DNA from: a virus
Lineage: Duplodnaviria; Caudoviricetes
DNA length: 35,108 nt
Reading direction: 5' to 3' (one strand)
IMG/VR virus record: IMGVR_UViG_3300037045_000078
Span: 1 to 35,108 of that record
Part shown: positions 1-12,000 of the stretch, piece by piece
How the letters are laid out: each line of letters opens with the position of its first letter
Numbering within the stretch: the first letter of the stretch is position 1
Program-made: the position numbers and the translations under genes
Notes under the pieces: generated by a model
The model's database searches: none
What the model was told of the DNA's origin: nothing
Seen by the model: the letters and a program-made list of their open reading frames with translations, nothing else

Positions 1-8
1 TTTTCCAT
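1..8 (-). CDS. Start of the next downstream gene (partial, runs off window)
   Basis: Minus strand reads GGAGG-taacaac-ATG GAA AA (SD at 16-20, ATG at 6-8). Confidence 0.55.
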
Positions 9-43
9 GTTGTTACCTCCAATGTACCGATAAATATAATCAC

Positions 44-74
44 AAAAACATAAACCGTCCCGGTAAGGATGGTT
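44..74 (-). terminator. Possible intrinsic terminator after the giant gene
   Basis: Minus strand AACCATCC-ttaccg-GGACGGTT (8-bp stem, one A:C mismatch) then TATGTTTTT, directly after the TAA at 76-78. Confidence 0.4.
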
Positions 75-75
75 G

Positions 76-3000
76 TTAAGGTGGAAACCGTAAAAAATCG
101 TTCTTCGTCGGTACCATCACCCCTTTTATCTGTCTGCTCATCTCCGATGAACGTATGAGCGGTAGCCTTCCCGCGAGGCCCGCTTCCATTACGGCCCTGT
201 TGTATCCGCCCTGCTTCTTGTATATCTTTGTCAACGACGCATTTGTCCTCTTCGGGTCTACGGCCCAGGCCCGCAACTCCTGGTAGATCTTGTCTCTTTT
301 TCGCTCAAATGCCTGCTCCTGCTGGTACATTTCGTTGTCGCGTTCCCGCGCTACCGATTGACGCGATCCTGGAAAACCGACGACCCGGGCGGCGGTTTCC
401 GCTCCCGTGGGCGTGAACGGTTTGGCGTCCCTGCCCCATACTGGTACCCTGCCCTTTTCAGTCGTCACGCCGGTCCTTGATTCCCGTATTGCCCGCAGAG
501 GATTCGCCAGCGCCGTCGGTAAGAGTTTTTCAACGGCCCTTCCTGGCTGACCGGAGGCAAGAAGGCTGTTCGCCTGAACGATGTCTTCGGCAACGCCGCC
601 GATTGCTCCTGTCAATCCCATGAGGCCCGTTGGGATGCCCAGGCCGATGCCGAGGGAGCCGGATATGTCAACACCGGCCAACCCGAAGATACCGCGACGT
701 CCGAGGATCTCCGCCCGGTCGCCAAGGTATTTTCTCGTCTTGTCCCAGACGAACTTGTCAACCCCTGTGGTGATGCCAAGCGTACGCAGCATGCCATTGA
801 TCAACCACAGCAGCTCGTCTTTGAACGGCCACGCGGCACCACCGGCAATGATCACAGGTGTGGCCAGCGCCCATGTAAACCCTACAATGTTCTGTTTCTT
901 TGCGCCGAGATCATACAGGAGCTGGACGTAATTGTGTCCGAAATTGCCGTACACGTACATGGCCTGGCCAACCTTGGCGGATACCGATGTGCCCTGCGCC
1001 CACTCCGGAAGGTTTGATTTGCCATACGCGGCATGGGCCTTGTCGCTGGCCTCGATCGCTGCCTTGTATGCTGCTTCTTGCAATTCTTCACCTTTCAGTC
1101 CTTCTTTCGCAAAACGCATTTTTGCCACGCTGTACGCCGCGAGGATCGTCGTGCCCCTGTTCCACTGCTCAGTCTTGCTGAACACGAACATGGCCACTTT
1201 CATCATCCGGTCCCACGAGCGTTCAAGACCTCCCTGCATGGAACCCAACGCATCCCTGGTGAGCTGCGGGGCGTCGTACCCTTCCCGGGTGATGCGCTCG
1301 GCTATGATCTGATCCTCTGCCTCCAGGGTCTTGCCCACCATGTGCTTCGCATAGGAACGGCTAGCACGAGCGATCGCTTTGTGCACCGTCACCATGTTCA
1401 CCTGCCCGCCACCGGCATACTGGTGGATAGACGCCGGAGCGGATGTCACCATGGCCGTCAGGTTGACAAAGGCAGACCGGGGATTGAACCCTAAGAATTT
1501 CAAAGTCGCAACTGCCTTTGCATACGCCATAACCCTGTCGGCGGTGTCGCTGTTTCTCAGGTTCTCCTCGATGTACCGCTTCGCGGTGTCGTAAGCCTTC
1601 GGTTCAGTTGCAGGGTCGATCTGCTGGAGTAATTCGGTCGCTTTCTGGGAAACCTCTCCCTTTGCCATGCCCCCGGCAACACCGGACGTATAGCGCAGGA
1701 ACGCCTCTATCGGGTCTTGTATGTAGCCCTGGACGACTCGCCCCTTTGGGTTACGGTGTATCTTGGTCGATTCGATACCGCGTTCGCGGACCATGTTCAC
1801 GGCCTGTTCGATAAGATCTTCGTTGAATTTAACGAGAAGGTCCGCGCTCGTCTTCTTTTTCATGCCTGTTACAGCGTAATCTATGGCCTTCTGCACATCG
1901 ATCGACCTGATGTTGAGGTAGACCGACTCGGGCAACTTCTGGAAATCAGATACCTTTATTTCCTGGTACCCTTCTTTTTCCAGTTCTGCCTTCCGCAGTT
2001 CGCTCCAGTATTTTCCGCCATGTTCCCGGATATACTGCCGGTCGCCGAAATCGGCTTCCTTGTATGCGGTAATGACTATCTTCCCGGTCTTTCTCAACCG
2101 TGGGAAGTAATACCCGCGCCATTCGTCCATGACCTGTAATGCCCCTATGATGGTCTGCCGCAGTTCGGCCTTAAAATCCTTGTGGGCCTTGCGGAAAAAC
2201 CGTTTATGGTCATTCCACCACTCTTCCGCCGTCTGTTCGGTGAATGCTTCCCGGGAGAAATGGATTGATTGTACCTCCACTCCTCCGGCGCGGCTGTGGC
2301 CCATCACGTAATTGATTCCGTCATGCCAGGGTAAGCCAGCGCGTTCCTGTCGCTCTTTCCCCGAGGCCCTCCAGAAACCATCAAATTCCTTCGTGGATCT
2401 CACCGTGAAAACGTGGAAATTTGTGGTGCCCTTGTCCAGCTCGAACGGATCTTCCTGGTAGCCTTCCTGTTCAAGTTTTTTGAGTAGCTCTTTCATGGGT
2501 GCCTGCCTGGCGTCGAGCATCTTGTCGAACGCTGCCCGGACTAAAATGGCCACGCGCTTCACGTCCTCCGAAACTTTCATATTCTTGACGCGATCCTCGA
2601 AGGTCCAGTCTCTATCTTTTACCCATTCGGTATCTGCTTCTATAAGGATGGACGTGAGTTGTTCATAGCCTTTCTTGTCTTTTTTGCGCAGATCCGCTAT
2701 TGCCTCGGATACGGTCGTAGCTTCCCCCACGTCGTTGAAATCGTAAAATAACTCGTGATACGTTTCCTGGCGGTGGTGGGCCATGACGTTGAAGAGCTGT
2801 TTCAACACCGGGTGCTCGTACCATAAGGGGTTCTTCAGCACCCGTTCGAGGAAGTGTGCGTGCGGGAGGTTCTCCGGCATGTGTGCGATTATGGTTGCCG
2901 CTGCCGCCTTTGCGTGGTCTCGAATCCACCCCTTGATCTCCAAAGGCGGAGCTTTGGGCTCCGGCGGGGCCATCGCCTCGATCTGGTGCAAGATGTCGTC

Positions 3001-6000
3001 AACGAACGTGCTGCCCGTGACAGATCCGTCCAGCTCCTTCTTGAAGTACGTCCCCGTGGTCGCCTTTGGCACGACTCCGGAATAGCTTCTCGCCTGGTCA
3101 ATCAGGTGGAGGATGTCAGCGTCCGACCACGTAAGGTTCGGAGCAATCCTTCTCAGCGCTGCCCGGATGATCCCGACGATTCTCGCCCATACCGGTGTGG
3201 CTTCCCGTGCCTCCGCCATGTGGGCGATGAACTCGCTGACGGCAACCCTGCGGTCATCCCTGTCGTTTAAGTCAAGCGGGAGCCTCAAGGTCCCCATTTT
3301 GTGGCCATAACCCTTGACGATGCGATCCATGAGCGGCGTACCCTGATATGCCCTCGCGATCTGCTGCCAGATAACGTCCACGTCGGCATTCCGGAGAATT
3401 GCGGTAATCCCCCGATGCCCGACTGCCTCGTGAATGAGGGTGGCGATCGCGGCCCGTGCGTTGGGGATCAAGTCGGCGATGATGTACGTGGTATCGGTCT
3501 CCTGATCGTAGGCCCCGAAGATGGTGTCTCCCTCCTGCACGTAGCGCATGAACCTGACCGGCAACTCACGGGCAGACTTTATAACCGTGACTTTCCCGAT
3601 GTTGACCCATTGTTTCAGCGGCAGCGCGAGGAACTGTTTCACCTGGTCCACGGAGAACCGTGGCGTTTTCGGTGGCTTAATATCAAAAGACAGATTGCCC
3701 ACGTCGGCCTGGGTAGTCAGCTTGACGAATATGGGTTCAACGGAGGGGTTTATCAAGCTCCGCTGATGTAGGCTCCCGCCTCCATCTACGATATCCAGAA
3801 GGGTAAGGCCGGCACTTCTGCCAAAGTTTGCAATATTATTTGCTTCCGGACCAAGGATAGCGTGTTGCGGCGCATATATGCCGATATTCGAGGCGTTCCT
3901 CCGTTCGGCTTCCTGGAGCAACGCTCGCTGTATTTCACCGCGTATAGGCAATAACGATTCAATGGTAATGGTGCTTATGAGTTTGTTTCGTACATCGAAA
4001 AAGCCAACGGTAATGTTGGGATCGTCGCGCTTGATGCCCGCTCTCCTGAACGCCAGGACAAGCAAGGCGGGGTTGGTGGCGGACATATTTTCGGTTTTTG
4101 TTATGGCAAATCGACGCTCTACGACCGGTATTTCCTCGGTTTGTTTGGTTTTTCGAGGCATTTTAGCGGTTTTTTCCGGTAGTGAGAAGGCCCCGTATTC
4201 CGCCGACGCGTATGCTTTTGGTGTGACGGCCATAACTCCGTGGACCGTTACGCCCGATCCCTGGGCAACCCTGAACAGTCGAACGCCCACTTTCTTGTCT
4301 TCCTCGGACAGCTCCGCGACGCCCGACGGATGGTTATGGATAAACCACACACCGGTTACGCCCTCGGTGTTGAGTGCTTGGCCTATTGCTATCACGGGGG
4401 ATACGATAGATGCACTCATGCTACCCCTGCTTATGCGGTGTACGCTGTGAACCGTGCCGTCGTCTTTGGTGAGGATTGCTGCGAATGTTTCCTGGGGATC
4501 GTCGAGAAGGTTGCGCGCTATCTCAGCAACATCGTCGCTATTGCTGACTTTTCGTGTTCCAGCGCGATAGCTGCCGATTCTTTCTGTGACAACTTCCTGT
4601 TGACGCGGTACGGGACCGGATTTTCGACGTGAAGATCGTCCAGGTGTATGGGTGTCAATATTAAATAATGTACCTTGTTCTTTCGATCTGTTGTCATAGC
4701 CTAGTGTACGTTCAGATATGCGGGTTGTCAACTGGCCACCCCCGCCTTCCACGTCAAAGATGGGGCTGATGGCCAGTATTTCTTTCATAACCGCGATCCC
4801 GTCGTCGCCGGTAGGGATGAATACCCTCGTTTTGTAGCTGATGCGCTCGATGAGGGCACCGCATTGTTCGAGCTGCGTCTCGAATCTCCACAAGGTTTCG
4901 CCGGTTACTTCGATCCGGTCCATACCCTGGGTTTTCACGCGCTTCAGCGTCCAGTCGTTCGCCAGAGTTATCGTTTCCCCGTTGTCCAGGATAGCGTTAC
5001 ATGCCTCTTCCGGAGTATACGCTGCGGTTGATTTATCAACGTTCAGCTTCTTCAGTACGCCATTGAGATTCTTGTCGGGGATCAGCCGGCCCAGCAGCTT
5101 TTCGCCCGTGTTGAGCTTGAGCCGCATCACCCTGACGTGTTCCTGGGGGAGCCTGTCCCATATAGGCAAGAGCGCACCGGTAACAAGGTGGATCCTCCTC
5201 GCTTTCGTCTTCGGCACCTTGTCGTGCTGTTCACCCCATATCGCCTCGGCCTGAGCCATGTCGTCAATCCGATCGTATTTTTCCTCGTCCCGGAGGTCTC
5301 TTGCCTCCACTACATTGACAGTGCCCCGGGGGCTCGTGAGGGTTACGACAGCCGTCACTTCGCCGGTACTGGTATTGGTCGTGATACGTTCCTTGTTTGC
5401 CGCCCATACAACGCCGCTTTTTTTGTTCACCACATATCCGGAGGCTGCCCACAGTTTACTTGTCCGAAAATCAACGGTTACAGCGTCTTCGGAGAGTTCG
5501 ATCTCGTTGTACTTTGTCTGCTCTCCCTGGGGACCGGTGTAAACTATTTCTTCCCGGGTCCGTTTCGCCCCCTTCGCTAAAATTGTTTCCATGCCCGCGT
5601 CGAGGGTGCCGTCTGACGCCGCCTTTTCGATGATCTGGTCAAGGTGGGCGTCGAAGGCGTTAAAAACTTCCTCTTGCCGGTCCACGGTCAGCGAAAGCAG
5701 CCTGTTCAAAAATTGGGTTATCTCAGGAATCTCGTCACGGAGATGACCCTGGTCGTCGGTCAGCCTCATACCCGTTTCCAGTTCGAATTCCGCCATAGAC
5801 ATATTCTCAATGCCACCGCGGAAAATGGTATGTATGAGCCGGATGAACGCCTGGCGTGCATGTGAATTTTCAAGGTTGTCTTTCAGCTTGAAGATACCCT
5901 GTGTCGCCGTGTCGCGCTGTCCCTTGGTGAGCGATCCCAGCTGTTCGAGCCGTCGCGCAATAGAGGAAATAAACCGTTTCTGCCCCTTCAGATTAGTTGT

Positions 6001-9000
6001 AACCAGGTGAACGTAGGGAGGCTGTTTCTGGTTGCTCCGGTGTGTCCGGCCCAAACCCTGGATAGCTCTGTCAGCCCTCCAGCCAGGCTGCAGTAAATAG
6101 TGGTGCCGTAGCCGCTGGTTCTTCTCTGTCTTGTCTGCGTGGAAACTTCTGCCGGTTCCAGCCGCGTCGGAAAAAACAAGAAGCTGTTTCTTATCATTCA
6201 TAAAAGCATGGATGTCGTTGAGCCCTTTCGCCTTGCTCCACCGTTCCACAACCCGCTCTTTCTCGCCCTCGTTGTTTGTTTTATCTACAAGCCTTTTCGA
6301 CCGGCCCGTTGCCTCCGCTGCCTTGTCAATGCCAAAATGCCGGATGATCATGTCAAGCGGCGCATCCGGCACCTTCAGCATGCCGAGCCTCCGGAGCAGC
6401 GCGTCGCGCACGGCCACGGCTTCCCGGTTGATAACGGGGTTTCCGCTGGAATCGACAACCAAACGGGACCGTATATTCCCGTTGTCGTCGGTGTACTCTT
6501 CGTATTGCTGGATCGGGAAGCTGTTTTCCAGGTAGTTCATCAGCCCCTCACGCGGGGTGAGATCCAGGTCTTCCAGGCGGTCGCCTTCCTCCCGCTTCGC
6601 CATCGCCCGGTCGGTCTGCGCTTCGTTGGTGTTGACGAGCTGCACGACGGCGGCGTCTCCCTCGGCGAGGTTCTTCTCTATGGCCCTAATGACTGTCGGG
6701 GTCTGCATGGACGTGATGATCTGGTTGAAAAACCGCTGATGTGCGCCCCAGAATGCCCCCATAACATTTTTTCTGGCGTTGCCGTTCCTGGTGACCACCT
6801 GACCGGTGTGGGTTGTCCCGGTAATCCCGGTGGCCCGGAGCGCGGCGTGGATGTTCTGCAGGACGATCTGCCATGACCTGGCCATTTCGTCGTAAATTGC
6901 CTTCTGGTTCTCGGTCAGCTCGTGCTCGATGGTTTCGTACTTAACCCCGTCAAAAGAAAGGTTCCGGGCAATATAGGATCCCATCGCCTTGAGCCCCTGG
7001 GCGATCATTTCCATGCCGGCGATACCCGCCCCGGAGATCTGCTCAATGAAATTCCGCTTGTTGGAAAAGGGTGTTCCCTTCCCCCACAATCCAAGGTGGT
7101 CGCAATAGGAAAGGTTGACAACTTCCGTTGCGCCGGTAGCTGACGCATACACGGTCCGCGAATTGTAGAGCCGCGACTGCAGCTCCACGCCCACCACCGC
7201 CTTCATGGACGGCTTTTTTGTTCCGCGCCTCCCCCTGGTAGACAATGCGTTTCCCATGTTGTGGGATTCGTCAAAGGCTATGACGCCTTCGAATTCTTGT
7301 CCTGCCCACTCTACGACGGGGTCGATCCGGCGCACCGCGCCTTTTTTGTACTTTAACGTGTCGTAGCTTATGAAAAGAATGCCCTCTTTTTGCTTAACGG
7401 GCTGGCCGAATTTCGTGCCGGCGTAATCGATTACCAAGTTCGGGTCCATGCCGAGGGCTATAAGGTCGCGCTTTGCGTCGTGGATAAGGTCCGTATTCTG
7501 GCTTATCCATAGAGCCCTGCGCCGGCCCCGGTTCCAGTTATCGAGGATGATGCCGGCGATCTCCCGGCCCTTGCCTACTCCGGTGCCGTCACCGATAAAG
7601 AAACCCTTGCGGAATGTGTGGAACGTTTTGTTTTCCTGGCCCCCGCTGGTTGCAACGTTGCCTTTTGCGTCAAGATAGACGCCGGAGTCGAGGACTTCCC
7701 CGTGGGCCTGCCCGGCCATGGTGATGGCTTCGAGCTGGACGTCGCTTAATGCACCGGTTTCAGCAAGTTTCTTGTCGATATTCGGCACATAACTCGTTTT
7801 TGGAGCCTTTACGGTGGCCATCGCCGCACTTTCCACAAGTTCCGCCGGGTGCGGCTGCGCCCCTTCAATTTTTATGGAAGGCCTGTATTCCTCGAAGATG
7901 TTTCCCGATTCGAGGTCTTCATCGGTGTATGCTTCGGTCTGTTGTACGGTAAGGGCTGTTTCGGGGGTTAGTAGTCTGCCGCTTCCAGCATGCTCGTCAG
8001 CTGGTCTACTACCCTCCACGCCAGGTCTTCCGCTGATATCGTCGGCAGTTCTTTCTGATCCGCCAGGTCGCCGTCCCTCTGGAGCAGTTTCCAGGCCCGT
8101 TTCGGTTCCAGCCCCGCCATCTCCTCGAAGAACGGGTGTACGTACTGACCCCGGACGTTGTTCAGGGGTACCATGCCCGCGTTCCACTGTTCCTCTACCA
8201 GCTGGAGGCAATACAGCATCGACGGGTCGGGATCCTTGAGAAACTTCTTCGCTGCCCGGTTGAGCGGATGGTTGTTCTGTGACACTGCTTCTCGCATCGC
8301 GCGCTCCTTTCAGGAGGGCAACGGCATCCTTGATGTCGCTGACTTCCTCTTTTATTAGTTTAGCATTCGACTTCGCTTTGTCAATCACGATCAAACGGTT
8401 GTCATAGGTGGTGCCGTATTTTTTGTAGCCCTCGCCGGAGATGGTGATATCGACGATTACGTCATTGGTGACATCGATGTTGTCCAGCCACTCGTTGAAG
8501 GTTTTCGATTCGCCGAACAACCCCTTGCCAGTCAGCACCACGAGACGCCCGCCTGGCTCCAGCCGTGATAACGCCTGGCCAATATGCCTTATGAGGTTCT
8601 CAGGACTTCTTCGCCCCTGCATCCGGCCCGCCGAGGATGAAAAGGGCGGGTTCATGATGATTACGGAAGGCTTTATGTCGTCCGGAAGGATATTGTCGAT
8701 CTGCTCGCCGTTCTCGGTAAACACCTTCTCGAAATTCAGCTGTCTTAACAGGCTTGCCCTCCGCTGCGAAAGTTCGTTGACGTACACCTTTGCGCCTGCG
8801 TTCCGGGCAAATACCGCGAGGCCGCCCACGCCTGCCGATGGTTCCAGTACCGTTTCTCCCGGCGTGATGTTTCCCAGCCACGCCATGAGATATGCGAGGT
8901 CCGGCGGCGTGGAAAACTGTTGAAACTCGTCCATTTCTTTCGTCCGAAAACCATGTTGAGAAGGAATTTTGTCAAGGATCTGCTCTCGGATTTTCGTGAT

Positions 9001-12000
9001 AGCGTCTTGTGCGTCCATGATCGGCGTTGTTGATTTGCTCTGGCCAGGGTCATACGCCTTGTGGCCCTGTCCGAGATAACGGTTAACCCCCAACTCCATG
9101 GCGTCAAAAAGATCTTTCCATGTCAGTGCGCCGCTGGCAATCGTGCCGCCGTATGCATCTTCGCCCCACTTCATGAGCTGTTCGCGGGTAAAGGATTCCC
9201 CGTTGGCCAGGGCAGCGTCAACCTTGTCCATAACGGCGCGAGCGGCCCTTGTCTTGTCACCATCCATACGTTTTTCAATTGGCGTGTCTGCCTGTGTCTC
9301 TGGTGTGGCCGATGCTTGTGCGTTCTCGTCCACCGGGACAAACCGAGGATCTTTACGCTCTACATCGACCTGTATCCCCTCCCTGGTAGGAATAAGGCCC
9401 ACCGGTTCGGTGATCCCGATGTTTCCCTCCATGATGGAGCGGACGCCCTTGTCGTCCTCGAATACTTCCTGTCCGTATTTGTTCTTGCCGATAGACTTCG
9501 GTATAAGTGCTCCCCTGTCTGTGGTAAGGGGTGATTTCTTCGATTTCCACGGCGTCAGGGACCAATGGTCGTATTCGGCGTCGATCGCCTTGATGATCTT
9601 TTCCGCCGGGTCCTCGGTTCCATAAAAAGACCAAACCTTTTTCGGACCATACCAGTTACCTTTCGCTTGTTTGATCGCGTCCTTGTATGCCCTGGTATTT
9701 CCGCTTAAATTCCAAACCGGGTGTCCGTGCTTGGTTGTCGTTTTCGTGAGCGTAAGTTCCACGCTTTTCAGCTTTTCGTGTGCGTCCGATGTGTCGGTGA
9801 CGGTTCCCGTTTCCGGTGCCGGCGTAGTTTGCTGTTGCGGTGGCTGTGCTTCTGTTTTCTTCGGCCCCTGTATCTTCTCCGCTTCTTCCGGGTACTCTTT
9901 GGCCCACGCGTCGAACGCATCCTGATACTTCTGCGCGTCTTTCTCATAGCTTTCCGCTGTCCGTAAATGGCCGGCCTTTATTGAATCCTTTCTTGCCCGG
10001 CCAGCTGCCTCCCGTGAGTTCCGTGCCTGTCTTCCAGTATAAGAGATCATGCTGAAAAGAGTTTCCGGGATTTGCCAACGGTTATCAAAATAGATGTCTT
10101 TCACGAGCTTACCGGTAAACGGTTCTGTTTCGTGTTGGATGTCGGTCGCCCTGGACGCCGTAATGCTCACGCCATTGTCTGTTTCGATTTCATAGGTGAC
10201 GGTATGTGTTGATTGCCCGCCGAAAATAGACTGCATGGTGTAGCCGCCTACCACTTTAATAACGCCGTGTCGTCCCCGGAGAGAAGGACTGTGGTACGTG
10301 TCGGTAATGACGATCCGGTCGCCCTTTTTGTATTCTTCCTGCTTCGGCGTCTCTTTGGGTGCCTCCGTTTCCGGTTTTTTGTTAAAAAGGTCGTGCCGGC
10401 GGGCGTATTTGAGTACGGCCTCGGCAAAGCTCTTCTTGTCAAATGTGTCCAGGTATACCTTTTGTGATTGCGACAGCGGCTTGTTCGAGCCTAATATCTC
10501 GTCTACTACCTCGCCGTATGCCTCGTTTGTCGCCTTTTCGATGGTAGCGAGCAAGGCTGTTTCGCTGTTGTCCGGGTTGAGATATGGCTTTATCTTTTCG
10601 AGTGTTTTGTCACGGATGGCCTCGGAAAGAGACATATCATGCGCTATGCCTTGGGGTGCTTCCGCTGGTTTCCCTGCCTCTTCCGCCAACTTCTTGTCGA
10701 TGGCCTCGACGATCTTTACCGTTGGCCAGCCGCCCTCGAACGGTACGCCCAACATCAAAGCATACATACGGGCCTTAATAAGATGATCGCGCCAGTCATC
10801 CTCTGGATCTATGGTTGGTTTTTTACCCAGGGCGATCTGTCCGGCCACTTCCCACGCCTGTTTTTCCGACTGAAATATCCGTACTGTCGGCAAGAATTCC
10901 ATGGAATCGTTGTCCCTGATGGAAACGGAGAAATTATTTCCGTTGATGTTTCTAGCGACGAATATCTCAAGGTTGTTTTTCTTGTCCGGTATAGTACCAA
11001 GAAGCTCGGTCGGGCTAAAAGGTGGCTTCTTTGCTCCGGTTTCTTCCGGTGCCGCGCCCATTTCCCCCTTCTTGTAATTGGTTGGGCTCCAATGATGTCC
11101 GCCCATGGTGGATACTTTTATGTACCCGTCGCCCTGTACGTGTTCGACAATGCCAGGTTTCAATACATCCGTGTCGCGGATCGGGACGACGTAATGGCCG
11201 ATCTTGAAGGAGGATTGCCTGGCTTCCGGTGTTTCCTTCCCCTCCATGGCCCTTGACGCCGCCCGCTGTTCAGCCGTCGGCATACGCAAATTGCCTGTTT
11301 GAACCCCCAATATATCCTTTATTTTGGTGGCCTTTTCGGTTTCTCCCCGCTCGATCGCTTCCTTTATGGTCCTCTTGATCTCGTCAACTATAGCTTCGTA
11401 ATCGGAGAACCTCGGGCCTACCATCTTTTCGATCTGTGCGGCCAGCTCGGGGTCAGCGTCTTCCATGGCATCCGCGAGCGAATTGGAAACAGGCCCCCAT
11501 GAGAACCCGTCTTCCGCTGGTCCTTCTTCTATCTCTTTGGTAGGGGCTTCCGTTGTTGCTTGATTTTCCACCGGTGCTTTCTCGCTTCGTTCCTCGGCAT
11601 ATTGCGCCGCTGCTGCCTCGTAAAACTGTTTTGCTTTCCCTTCCGGCAGCGCGTCAACGGCACCAAAAAGGTACGCCTTGACATCGACGCCCTTTGCCGT
11701 GGCCCGCCGTGCGATCTCCGCCAGGATCGGCTTGAGCTTTTCGTACAGTTCGGGCTTTATCCCCGCCGGCTTGCCGTAATTAATGCGGCTATCGGATACT
11801 CTTCCCTCTTCTTCTTCAATAAATTCGTTGATAATATCAAAAGCCTCCGTTATCAGCTCATTGGTCGATTTCTTCGTTAGATCTTCTGCTGGTGCAGCGT
11901 TTGCTTCTGCCTCTGCCTTTTGCTTTGCTGCGAGGGCTTCCTGAAGTTTCTTTTTCTGCTCTTCTTCCTTCTCCCGCTCGGTCTGAAACACCGGTTTCGG

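Noticed and set aside
10-40. Plus-strand TATAAT (35-40) as an antisense promoter
   Set aside because: Best -35 (TTGTTA) is 19 nt away; insufficient support.
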